Source: an uncultured archaeon
GTDB lineage: Archaea > Aenigmatarchaeota > Aenigmatarchaeia > CG10238-14 > SCSR01
Direction of reading: 5' to 3'
Assembly: GCA_964400475.1 (NCBI GenBank)
Contig: CAYNTH010000002.1
Coordinates: forward strand, 991 to 64,990
DNA: 64,000 nt
Position 1 is the stretch's first letter. The number at the start of each line of letters is the position of its first letter. Under the pieces are notes generated by a model. That model worked only from the letters and a program-made list of their open reading frames with translations. It was not told the origin of the DNA and made no database searches. Shown piece after piece: positions 38,177 to 46,543 of this stretch. A program made the translations under genes and the position numbers.

Positions 38177-38344
38177 ATGGCAGGAAAGGACAAGAAAATC
38201 AAAAAGAAGAAATATGGCATAGGTACTAGAGCCTGCAGAAGGTGCAATTCCACGCACGGGCTGATAAGGAAGTATGGTTTGAATTATTGTAGGCGATGTT
38301 TTAGGGAGATTGCCAAGAAGATAGGGTTTAAGAAATATAGTTGA
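38177..38344 (+). CDS. rps14: 30S ribosomal protein S14 (uS14), zinc-binding short type
   Basis: 55 aa, below the track cutoff. [55 protein letters not shown] with CxxC..CxxC. Confidence 0.88.
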   Translation: MAGKDKKIKKKKYGIGTRACRRCNSTHGLIRKYGLNYCRRCFREIAKKIGFKKYS

Positions 38345-38361
38345 ATTCACATATAATAATT

Positions 38362-39234
38362 ATGTTACAAGTTCTTTCCTTTGCAGTTGCGTTGGTAGGA
38401 TCTTCTTTGGCCGGTATATGGGATTTGAACACCACCGAAGTTCCCGACAAAATACCGTATTCGATGATTTTAATAGCAGTACTGCTAAATAGTTACCTGT
38501 CATTGACAACATCCAATCCATGGTACATCATTAAAAGTTTGATTGTTGGTATATCGCTCTTCGTATTTGGGTTCGTGCTATATTATTTTGGACAATGGGG
38601 AGGGGCAGATGCAAAATTGTTGTCTGCGGTTGGGTTTTTATTGCCAAACACACCAAACATATCCATTTTTTCTGGTGCTAGAATGGTATTTCCTTTTCCT
38701 GTTAGTTATGTGTCTAATTTATTTCTCGTGGGTTCAATTTACATGCTTGTGTATGCCCTTATAGTTAGTTTAAAGGACAAAAAAATATTGAGAGTGTTTG
38801 TGAAGGATGTAAGGGCCAGTAGTAAATTTTTCTTGTTCACATCGACCGTACTTTTTATTTCTCTCGTATCTATAAACTGGTTTTTCTATAATCGTTATAA
38901 TCTCGAATATAGTCCACATCAAATAATTTTCAATTCATTTGTTCCGGTCGTGGGTACATCTATATTGTACATAATATGGAGATTTGCATTGGTTGTTGAA
39001 AACAAAGGATTCAAGAAGCGAGTAACAATAAAAGATCTTAAACCAGGCGATGTTTTGATGAAATCCAAGGTATGGAACGGTATAACCAATAGTGATATAG
39101 AGAAATTGAAGAAATCTGGCAGGAAATACGTTTATGTAAAGTCGGGTGTAAGGTTTTGTCCATCGTTTCCACTGGCCCTGTTGTTCACCGCGTATTTCGG
39201 AGACGCCATCTTCTTTTTCATGAGATTTTTGTGA
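38362..39234 (+). CDS. A24-family prepilin/preflagellin peptidase-like membrane protein
   Basis: Multi-TM. First Asp region AGIWDLNTTEVPD and second catalytic motif WGGADAKLL (GxGD-type). Has a C-terminal extra domain. The track starts at TTG 38341, overlapping rps14. Confidence 0.7.
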   Translation: MLQVLSFAVALVGSSLAGIWDLNTTEVPDKIPYSMILIAVLLNSYLSLTTSNPWYIIKSLIVGISLFVFGFVLYYFGQWGGADAKLLSAVGFLLPNTPNISIFSGARMVFPFPVSYVSNLFLVGSIYMLVYALIVSLKDKKILRVFVKDVRASSKFFLFTSTVLFISLVSINWFFYNRYNLEYSPHQIIFNSFVPVVGTSILYIIWRFALVVENKGFKKRVTIKDLKPGDVLMKSKVWNGITNSDIEKLKKSGRKYVYVKSGVRFCPSFPLALLFTAYFGDAIFFFMRFL

Positions 39235-39239
39235 TGTGT

Positions 39240-40529
39240 TCAATCAAGTATTTCTATACCATTCATATATGGGCGTAGAACTTCTGGTACGATTACAGTG
39301 CCGTCTTTCTGTTGAAATTGTTCCAATATGGCCATCATTGTCCTACTTGTTGCGAGCGCCGTATTGTTAAGTGTATGTACAACTCCTTTAACCGGTTTTC
39401 CTTCACCTTCCCTATACCTGGTTTTTAATCTGCGCGCTTGGTAACCAGTGCAATTTGAGTTAGAACCTATTTCCCTGAAATTTCCATCAGCCATCCATAC
39501 TTCTGTGTCGTATTTTTTGGACGCTATTGAACCTATATCCCCGGTACATACGTTCACAACCCTGTAATGTAGTCCAATGGATTGGTACAACTTTTCACTA
39601 TTTTCCTGTATCTTTTCGTGGAGTTCCCATGATTGTTCAGGTAAGCAGAAGATGAACTGTTCTATCTTGTTGAATTGATGCATTCTATAAAGTCCTTTAG
39701 TATATTTGCCATGCGTACCAACTTCGCGTCTGAAACAAGGACTCACACCCGCCAATTTTATCGGGAGGACGCTTTTGTCCAATATTTCGTTCATAAACAT
39801 TGCGCCCATCGGGTGTTCGCTGGTCGCTATCAGATATAAATCATCTCCATTTATCTTATACATCACGCTTTCAAAATCGCCTAAATCCGTGACCCCTTCG
39901 TATGCCTTCCTTCTTATCATGAACGGTGGTTCTATCAGTGTGAATCCTTTTTCTCTTAGGAAATCTATAGCAAATCTCTGGATAGCCATATCCAACATAA
40001 CCATCTTTCCCTTTAGATAAACGAAACCAGATCCTGATATCTTTCCAGCACGTTCGAAATCAGCCAGTCCCAAATCCTCAAGTATCTCAACATGGCTTTT
40101 TGGTTCGAAATCGAATTCTGGTGGACTCCCCCATTTCCTTATTTCAACATTGTTGTGTTCATCTTCACCATAAGGCACGCTTTCATGCAACATGTTGGGT
40201 AGATTCATCAACCCTTTCTTCAATTCTATATCGTATTCTTCCATCTTGTCCTCGGCTTTTTCGATTTTATTTGCTAGCTTGGATGCCTCTTTTATTTTTT
40301 CTTCGGCCTTCTCCTCTTTTTCCTCTTTCTTCAATTCGGATATAGTTTCACTGATTTCATTTCTCTTTGCACGTAGTTTATTGACTTTGTCAACATATTC
40401 CCTCCACTTCTTGTCAAGTTTCATTACTTTTTTCAAAAGCTTCATTTTTTCCTTATCGTGTCTTCTTTCAATATTCTTTTTAACCTTTTCCGAATCTTCA
40501 CGGATTAAATCTATATCCAACATAACCAT
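39240..40529 (-). CDS. serS: Seryl-tRNA synthetase
   Basis: 429 aa. N-terminal coiled-coil arm. Class II motif 2 FRREVGTHGKYTKGLYRMHQFNKIEQF and motif 3 TLNNTALATSRTMMAILE. Confidence 0.93.
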   Translation of the reverse strand: MVMLDIDLIREDSEKVKKNIERRHDKEKMKLLKKVMKLDKKWREYVDKVNKLRAKRNEISETISELKKEEKEEKAEEKIKEASKLANKIEKAEDKMEEYDIELKKGLMNLPNMLHESVPYGEDEHNNVEIRKWGSPPEFDFEPKSHVEILEDLGLADFERAGKISGSGFVYLKGKMVMLDMAIQRFAIDFLREKGFTLIEPPFMIRRKAYEGVTDLGDFESVMYKINGDDLYLIATSEHPMGAMFMNEILDKSVLPIKLAGVSPCFRREVGTHGKYTKGLYRMHQFNKIEQFIFCLPEQSWELHEKIQENSEKLYQSIGLHYRVVNVCTGDIGSIASKKYDTEVWMADGNFREIGSNSNCTGYQARRLKTRYREGEGKPVKGVVHTLNNTALATSRTMMAILEQFQQKDGTVIVPEVLRPYMNGIEILD

Positions 40530-40561
40530 TGCCTTAATATTATTTTATTCTTGGTTTTATT

Positions 40562-40846
40562 TCAACGTATTCTAACCATGTAGAAAGTGTCATTTGTTAA
40601 ATAACATTCCCTACCAATATTTTCAAGATAATTCTCGATATCTTTTAATCTTTTGTATAATTCTTCTTGGTTCGCTGCACATACTCTGTAAAGTATTTTC
40701 TCATCAGTGTGTATGAATTCTCTCGCGCCCAATGGTCTTAGTTCCTCGTGGAAAAGCATCCATTCTTCTGAATAAATACCCCAACGTCCGTTTGGAACTG
40801 ATATCATTGTATCTATTGATTCATTAACTATTGGAAATTTCTCCAT
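40562..40846 (-). CDS. Hypothetical protein
   Basis: 94-aa ORF with no recognisable motifs. Confidence 0.4.
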   Translation of the reverse strand: MEKFPIVNESIDTMISVPNGRWGIYSEEWMLFHEELRPLGAREFIHTDEKILYRVCAANQEELYKRLKDIENYLENIGRECYLTNDTFYMVRIR

Positions 40847-40918
40847 TATTCTTACCCCCTTTATATTTGATACTAACCATGTTAAAATGAAAAATAAGGT
40901 TAGAAATTTTCTAATGGT

Positions 40919-40951
40919 CTAGAACAGACTAGACACACTAGATGAACTAGA
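40919..40951. repeat. Four phased CTAGA repeats (10/9/9-bp spacing)
   Basis: CTAGA at 40919, 40929, 40938 and 40947, in the divergent intergenic region between 40846(-) and 41060(+). Confidence 0.6.
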
Positions 40952-41059
40952 GCTGGAACTGGATGAAGAGTCGCTCGAATATATTGATTCAAATCTGCTT
41001 TTCATATGTTCCACCATTCCTCTAAACTTTTAATTTAAGTAGAACATATAAATATATTT

Positions 41060-42334
41060 ATGAAAATCGCTTTGAAGCGGGAAGTTACGCTGGCGACTGC
41101 TATACTTTATGGCGTTGGTATAATTCTGGGCGCAGGTGTTTATGCATTGGTCGGCGAGGCTGCTGCACTTTCGGGCAATTCTCTGTGGTTGTCATTCCTG
41201 TTGGCAGCGCTTGTCGCCTCTTTCACTGGGCTTAGCTACATGGAGCTCATATCGATGTTCCCCCAATCGGCAGCAGAATATTATTATGTCAAGAATGCAT
41301 TCGGTAACAAATTATTGGCATTCAATGTTGGTTGGATAGAAATTTTTGCAGATATAGTTGCAACATCCGCTGTATCGTTGGGATTTGCAGGGTATTTCCA
41401 CGCATTGTTCGGGGTCGCGATTGTGCCTTCTGCATTGGGATTATTGTTCGTGATGTCTTTGGTCAATTTCTGGGGGATAGAACAATCCGCCAAGTTGAAC
41501 GCGGTTTTTTCCATTATAGAAATACTCGGCTTGTTTTTCATAGTAAGTATAGCAGCATACTACGGGAAATTCGGCACTGTTGATTACTTGGAGATGCCGT
41601 ATGGTATAACGGGCACGTTGGGTGCGGCTGCTTTGATATTCTTTGCCTATATAGGATTTGAGGATCTGGCAAATATCGCTGAAGAAGTCAAAAATCCTAG
41701 GGAGAATGTACCGAAAGCACTACTGGCATCTGTTGCAATAACTACAGTTATATACGTCCTTGTTGGATTGGCTGTTGTTAGTCTGGCGGATTGGCAATTG
41801 CTTGCGACTTCCACAGCCCCGCTAGCATATGCCGCTTCTATGGTATTGGGTGAAACGGCGTTTTGGGTTATGTCCATGATAGCACTTTTCGCAACAGCCA
41901 ACACAGTTCTGATTGGGCTCATAGTCGGTTCAAGGGAGATGTACGGAATGAGCAAGGATGGTACGATACCTAAGGCATTATCGATGATACATAAAACGAG
42001 AAGGACACCGTGGGTGTCAGTTTTCTTAACCATGTTACTTTCGATGGCGTTTGTTTTCTTGGGCCATATAAGGACAGTTGCGAGCATAACGGATTTGGGA
42101 ACCTTCTATATATTCATATTCGTCAACTTGTCCGCCATAGCTCTCAGGTACAAACACCCGAGAAAGAAGAGGAGGTTCAAGACACCATTGAATATAGGCA
42201 AGTTTCCATTGATACCGTTCTTCGGTCTGATATCCTCGTTGATACTGGTATCACATCTGAATATGGAGTCGATAATGATTGGTTTGGGTGTGGCATTGGC
42301 CGGGTTTGTATTGTATTTCGTATGGCACAATTGA
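41060..42334 (+). CDS. APC-superfamily amino acid permease
   Basis: 424 aa, about 12 TM. N-terminal ..ATAILYGVGIILGAGVYALVGEAA.. is typical of APC transporters. Confidence 0.85.
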   Translation: MKIALKREVTLATAILYGVGIILGAGVYALVGEAAALSGNSLWLSFLLAALVASFTGLSYMELISMFPQSAAEYYYVKNAFGNKLLAFNVGWIEIFADIVATSAVSLGFAGYFHALFGVAIVPSALGLLFVMSLVNFWGIEQSAKLNAVFSIIEILGLFFIVSIAAYYGKFGTVDYLEMPYGITGTLGAAALIFFAYIGFEDLANIAEEVKNPRENVPKALLASVAITTVIYVLVGLAVVSLADWQLLATSTAPLAYAASMVLGETAFWVMSMIALFATANTVLIGLIVGSREMYGMSKDGTIPKALSMIHKTRRTPWVSVFLTMLLSMAFVFLGHIRTVASITDLGTFYIFIFVNLSAIALRYKHPRKKRRFKTPLNIGKFPLIPFFGLISSLILVSHLNMESIMIGLGVALAGFVLYFVWHN

Positions 42335-42540
42335 CACCAAATATTTTAAATCATTGAAGTGGACTTTGTTTTTCTATGGAAGCTTATACAGGTACAATTG
42401 GTCGTAGATATTCGTCTAGACGATATATCTAATCTAGGGATTTACGAGTTTATGCCATCGCTTAGAAAGTTCGAAGAAAATGGCTTAGTATATACTGATT
42501 CTGATTTGAGTAGATTAGATTTCACAAGGAGTTCATATGA

Positions 42541-43629
42541 TTATCTTGTTATCTTGGCATTCTTGACGGTCTCGTATAATTTATTGGCTTTTTTATCCTT
42601 CTCGAAGTGTGTTCTTATAGGTTCTATCACTTCATCTATTGCTTCTGCTGTTGCGTTCTTTAAATCCAATGGGTGTAGATCTCCCTTTCTGTATAATTTA
42701 GATAGTTCGTCATATGATTGTACTTCTAAGTCACCGCCGAACTTGGACGGTCTCTTGATTTCGAGAGTGTTCATTTTCTTGAACACTATGTATTTATTAT
42801 ACTCCATTATTGGGTTGTTTTTTATTACCTTGGCCGGACAGAAAGCATTCTTTAACTTCTCTTTTATCTGTTCTTTGCTGTCGTGTACGAATATGGATGT
42901 TGATGGTCTACTCTTGCTCATCTTTGAACTTATCTGAACGTCGTATTCCTTTTTATCATCGAGTCCATCAGGTCGTTTTTCCCCTTCCAATCCCATTAGC
43001 ATGTGATGGCTGACAACTACAGGTTTCCACCACCCCAACTTCGGTCCTACTTCTCTTGCGAGCATATTTGCTCTTCTTTGGTCCAAACCAAGTTGACATA
43101 TATCTGCTTTTAGCCAGAATATATCAGCTGTCTGCATCATTGGGTAAAAAAGTAGTGCAGTGTCTTTGCTCTCTCCTTGTTTACGGCCCGCTATCGACAA
43201 GCATCTTGTGGATCTTGACAATGTCGTATTCTTTGCAATCAATATTACTTTCTTCCAATATTCTGGGTCTTCGATTGCATTACTCGTCCATTCTACGGTT
43301 ACTTTGTCCATCGGTATTCCCGCGGCCTTCCAGACTTCTACGAAATACTTTCCACATTCTTTTATCTTTTCAAGGTCGCCTCCGAGCTTGTTGTTGAGCC
43401 AGGCGAACCAATCCGCTACATATAGTTTGAAGTGTATCCCAGCATCTATCATGTCCTGTACGTTTATAGCTCGCAGAACTCCGAACGCGATGTGTGCGAG
43501 ACCGCTCGGTTCGAATCCATCGTACGCTATCGGGTGTTCTTTCGTTTCCAACAGTTCTCTCAATTCTTTCCTAGTAATTATTTCCTCCCCGACACCTTCG
43601 ATTAATTCCATTCTTTTTTCGATATCCAT
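42541..43629 (-). CDS. tyrS: Tyrosyl-tRNA synthetase (long archaeal type)
   Basis: 362 aa. IAYDGFEPSGLAHIAFG aligns with the archaeal TyrRS YIGFEPSGKIHLGH region. Also ADWFAWLNNKLGG, KMSKSRPSTSIFVHDS..IKEKLKNAFCP. TrpRS not fully excluded. Confidence 0.78.
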   Translation of the reverse strand: MDIEKRMELIEGVGEEIITRKELRELLETKEHPIAYDGFEPSGLAHIAFGVLRAINVQDMIDAGIHFKLYVADWFAWLNNKLGGDLEKIKECGKYFVEVWKAAGIPMDKVTVEWTSNAIEDPEYWKKVILIAKNTTLSRSTRCLSIAGRKQGESKDTALLFYPMMQTADIFWLKADICQLGLDQRRANMLAREVGPKLGWWKPVVVSHHMLMGLEGEKRPDGLDDKKEYDVQISSKMSKSRPSTSIFVHDSKEQIKEKLKNAFCPAKVIKNNPIMEYNKYIVFKKMNTLEIKRPSKFGGDLEVQSYDELSKLYRKGDLHPLDLKNATAEAIDEVIEPIRTHFEKDKKANKLYETVKNAKITR

Positions 43630-43680
43630 TTGTACACCGCTTATTTTAATTTTGTTTTGATTGCTTTAAATTCATTCCCA

Positions 43681-43881
43681 CTATCTGTAACAAAATCCCA
43701 CGTCTTCTACGTATTTCAACGAATCGGACTCCATGGAGAATTTATATACGTTGCTGTCCCCTTGGTAAAATTCGACCATATCATCTCTGTCGAATGCCAC
43801 CAATTTCATGCCCATATTTTCAAGTGTTTCGGTCGTATATGACTTTCCCTCTATCAGTTTTATCTCTCCCATTTTATTCAC
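43681..43881 (-). CDS. Hypothetical small protein (66 aa)
   Basis: Third gene of a tightly packed trio (2-nt gap to the upstream ORF). No family recognised. Confidence 0.4.
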   Translation of the reverse strand: MNKMGEIKLIEGKSYTTETLENMGMKLVAFDRDDMVEFYQGDSNVYKFSMESDSLKYVEDVGFCYR

Positions 43882-43883
43882 CT

Positions 43884-44225
43884 CTATCTGAATGGATCGT
43901 AAAAATAATAGGATTCATTTTTCCCATCTATTTTAGATCCCATGTTGTTAATCTTGCTTGGGTATTTTACAGACACCTCTCTATACGGGTGTCTACTTTC
44001 TATGTTCAATCCATCCATTGTCGTGATTCTTAGGTCATTTTCAGGCGATACATATATCATATCCATCTCATCTGGCGATACCATCCGATACAGCATATCA
44101 AGTGAACGCCTCTTGTTACCAATCAATTCTTTTATGGTTTCTACAACCTGTTCCTCATCGACCAATCGTTTTTCCTTTCCGGTACATTCCATTATTAATC
44201 GACATTTTTTATTCATCATATTCAC
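43884..44225 (-). CDS. Hypothetical small protein (113 aa)
   Basis: Middle gene of the trio (4-nt gap to the upstream ORF). No family recognised. Confidence 0.4.
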   Translation of the reverse strand: MNMMNKKCRLIMECTGKEKRLVDEEQVVETIKELIGNKRRSLDMLYRMVSPDEMDMIYVSPENDLRITTMDGLNIESRHPYREVSVKYPSKINNMGSKIDGKNESYYFYDPFR

Positions 44226-44229
44226 CCAT

Positions 44230-44469
44230 TCACAGTTTCAATGTCTTGAGACCTATTACATCGTTCTGATTGATTTTGTATGGACCCTTGTCTATGTTGA
44301 TTATGTTGATGTCCGTTCCTATGTGGACAGCGTACCCTTCGATTTTTTCTGTTCTGTTGTCATTTGTCAGGTAAGCGACTTCTAGCATTCCCACATACTT
44401 GTCTCTCTTCAATTCGCTTAGAGTTTCTTTTACTTCTTCCAGTCCTTTACATCTTTCTATTTCAATCAT
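44230..44469 (-). CDS. Hypothetical small protein (79 aa)
   Basis: First gene of the trio. GGAGGT RBS on the - strand (complement of 44476-44481, about 6 nt before the ATG at 44469). No family recognised. Confidence 0.4.
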   Translation of the reverse strand: MIEIERCKGLEEVKETLSELKRDKYVGMLEVAYLTNDNRTEKIEGYAVHIGTDINIINIDKGPYKINQNDVIGLKTLKL

Positions 44470-44514
44470 GTTCTATACCTCCTTTATTCATTAATTTTTA
44501 ATATCGTGAAAATC

Positions 44515-44703
44515 ATCTGGAGGTCTTGTCCTCCCCTACACATAGCCTAGTCTAATGTTGTGAAATTCGGCATTGCGCAAGGAACTAAGGAGAAGACCTC
44601 AGAAGTCAGCAACAATAAGAGCCGAACCTGTTTTGTCTATAGAAATAATCGTAGACAAACCATGTGATTAGTTCGTTCGGCATATTAGAGTTATTAGCTG
44701 ACA
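44515..44703 (+). ncRNA. Candidate structured non-coding RNA (class unresolved)
   Basis: No ORF on either strand. Nested perfect helices: 44605-44610/44697-44702, 44621-44627/44675-44681, 44632-44639/44652-44659. Also a 10-bp helix 44517-44527/44593-44602 with one bulged G. Ends ..GCUGACA followed by a T-rich tract. Confidence 0.3.
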
Positions 44704-44832
44704 TTTTCTATCTTTCTCTATTATAGAAATCATCATTTTTAAGTCTTGTGTACTCTTCGTTCACAGTTACATTTAAAAAAGCTTATGATGTCGAATATAC
44801 AAACATATTGTATAAAAACTATAGATGATTGT

Positions 44833-46119
44833 ATGAGTGATACAAAAATTACGTTCTTAGGAGCGATGAATGAAGTTGGCGCATCTGGGATTATGGTGGA
44901 GTATGGTAGGAAGAGCAAGACCAGGATAGTGATGGATTATGGTACAAATATACAGAATGATCCACCGACTTTTCCATATTCCGTAAGAGGTAAAATTGAT
45001 GCAACTTTCCTTAGTCATGCACACCTAGATCATACTGGTGGAATTCCCATATTGTTCAACAAAGGGAGATGTCCAATATATGCGCCCGCTGTCAACAAGC
45101 CGCTGGTACAGATGTTGCTGAACGATTCTCTAAAGATATCCAGAAGGGAACAGACTCGGTTGCCATTCGATAAGAAGCATGTAAGGAAGGCCATAAAGAA
45201 TTTCAAGCACATCGATTATAGAAGAGTTGAAACTATAGGAAAGAAGAATTATATGAACGTGACTGTTTATGACGCCGGCCATATACCGGGCAGTACTATG
45301 CCGCTCATAGAGACCAAGGACGGCAAGAAGATACTGTATACCGGTGATTTCAACGTTGATGACACCGAGTTGTTGAAAGGCGCGGATACACGACTGCCCA
45401 AAGTGGATGTACTCATTACCGAGAGCACTTATGCCGAAAGGGACCATCCTGACAGGTTGAAGCAAGAGAAGATATTGATAGACCGGGTTAGGCAGGCTGT
45501 TGAAAACGGGGGCACTGCTATAATATCCAGTTTCGCGTTAGGACGAACACAGGAGATGTTGTTGGTACTCGATAAATACGGGATAGATTATCCTCTTTAC
45601 ATGGATGGTATGTCAAAGAAGGCAACTACGATATTAAATTCTCATCCCAGATTCCTCCGGGAAGCAACTTCCATAGACAAGGCGTTGAGGAAGGTCAAAT
45701 ATGTTAACAACAACAGGCAGCGAAAGAAGGCGATAAAAGATCCATCAGTCATACTCACGACAAGTGGTATGCTCAACGGTGGTCCAGTGGTTTGGTATCT
45801 CAAGAAATTGCACAATAACAAGAAAAACAATCTGACCCTTACCGGTTATCAGGTTGAAGGTACTGCAGGGCATACTCTGTTGAACACTGGTAGATTCATA
45901 TTGGATGAAACTGATTTGAAGTTGAATATAGATTATAAAAGACTTGAATTCAGTTCACATACTGGTCGGGAGAAACTTTTCTCATTCATCAAAAAGTTGG
46001 ACCCGCAAAAGGTATTTTGTGTACATGGTGACAACACCCCTAGATTTGCCGATGAGCTGAAGAAAAGGGGATATGATGCAGTTGCGCCTGTAAAGGATAA
46101 CCGGGTTTTTGGGGTATGA
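44833..46119 (+). CDS. Beta-CASP metallo-beta-lactamase-fold ribonuclease (aCPSF2/RNase J-like, no KH domains)
   Basis: HxHxDH motif LSHAHLDHTGG, DAGHIPGS, TESTYA, C-terminal VHGD. The likely start is MSDTKITFLGAM at 44833 (track: 44746). Confidence 0.8.
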   Translation: MSDTKITFLGAMNEVGASGIMVEYGRKSKTRIVMDYGTNIQNDPPTFPYSVRGKIDATFLSHAHLDHTGGIPILFNKGRCPIYAPAVNKPLVQMLLNDSLKISRREQTRLPFDKKHVRKAIKNFKHIDYRRVETIGKKNYMNVTVYDAGHIPGSTMPLIETKDGKKILYTGDFNVDDTELLKGADTRLPKVDVLITESTYAERDHPDRLKQEKILIDRVRQAVENGGTAIISSFALGRTQEMLLVLDKYGIDYPLYMDGMSKKATTILNSHPRFLREATSIDKALRKVKYVNNNRQRKKAIKDPSVILTTSGMLNGGPVVWYLKKLHNNKKNNLTLTGYQVEGTAGHTLLNTGRFILDETDLKLNIDYKRLEFSSHTGREKLFSFIKKLDPQKVFCVHGDNTPRFADELKKRGYDAVAPVKDNRVFGV

Positions 46120-46203
46120 TCTTAAATGTAACTACTTAATAGTAACATTTATATACTTCTTCACACAAAAGTAACTATTGTAAAGTAACAACTGTTACAT
46201 GGT

Positions 46204-46488
46204 GTGAAAATGGCGATACAACGACAGATTACCAGATGCTCTGAACAATATACCAAGTGGAGAGATTTGACAATGAAAGCACACACTGTGCCCGAGATAA
46301 AGGAATGTCTTGGTAGGGCTCTTTTTTGGCTGGAACTGCAAACAGCGTTCATGGCATTATGGAACATCGAGAACACGAAGGGATCCGACCCTATGGTCAA
46401 GAGACAATTGATTACTGCTAAGAGTAAATTGTCCAGAAGATTGGCAGATTATGCCAACGAGACACTGGAAGAAATCGATTGGAAATGA
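46204..46488 (+). CDS. Hypothetical small helical protein
   Basis: 94-aa ORF with no recognised family. The antisense ORF 46161-46400 was judged less likely. Confidence 0.35.
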   Translation: MKMAIQRQITRCSEQYTKWRDLTMKAHTVPEIKECLGRALFWLELQTAFMALWNIENTKGSDPMVKRQLITAKSKLSRRLADYANETLEEIDWK

Positions 46489-46543
46489 CTTCTTTTTCTG
46501 ATTCAAAAAACATATGTTATTGCAAATCTATATTTAGTAGTAT

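Noticed and set aside
42359-42937. 192-aa + strand ORF overlapping the 3' part of tyrS
   Set aside because: Hydrophobic low-complexity translation with no RBS. It overlaps a well-supported tyrS on the other strand by about 400 nt.
44621-44681. CCGAAC/GUUCGG segment considered as a 5S rRNA fragment
   Set aside because: The 5S-like resemblance is limited to the CCGAAC hexamer. The conserved loop A/E and helix IV-V sequences are absent and the length does not fit.
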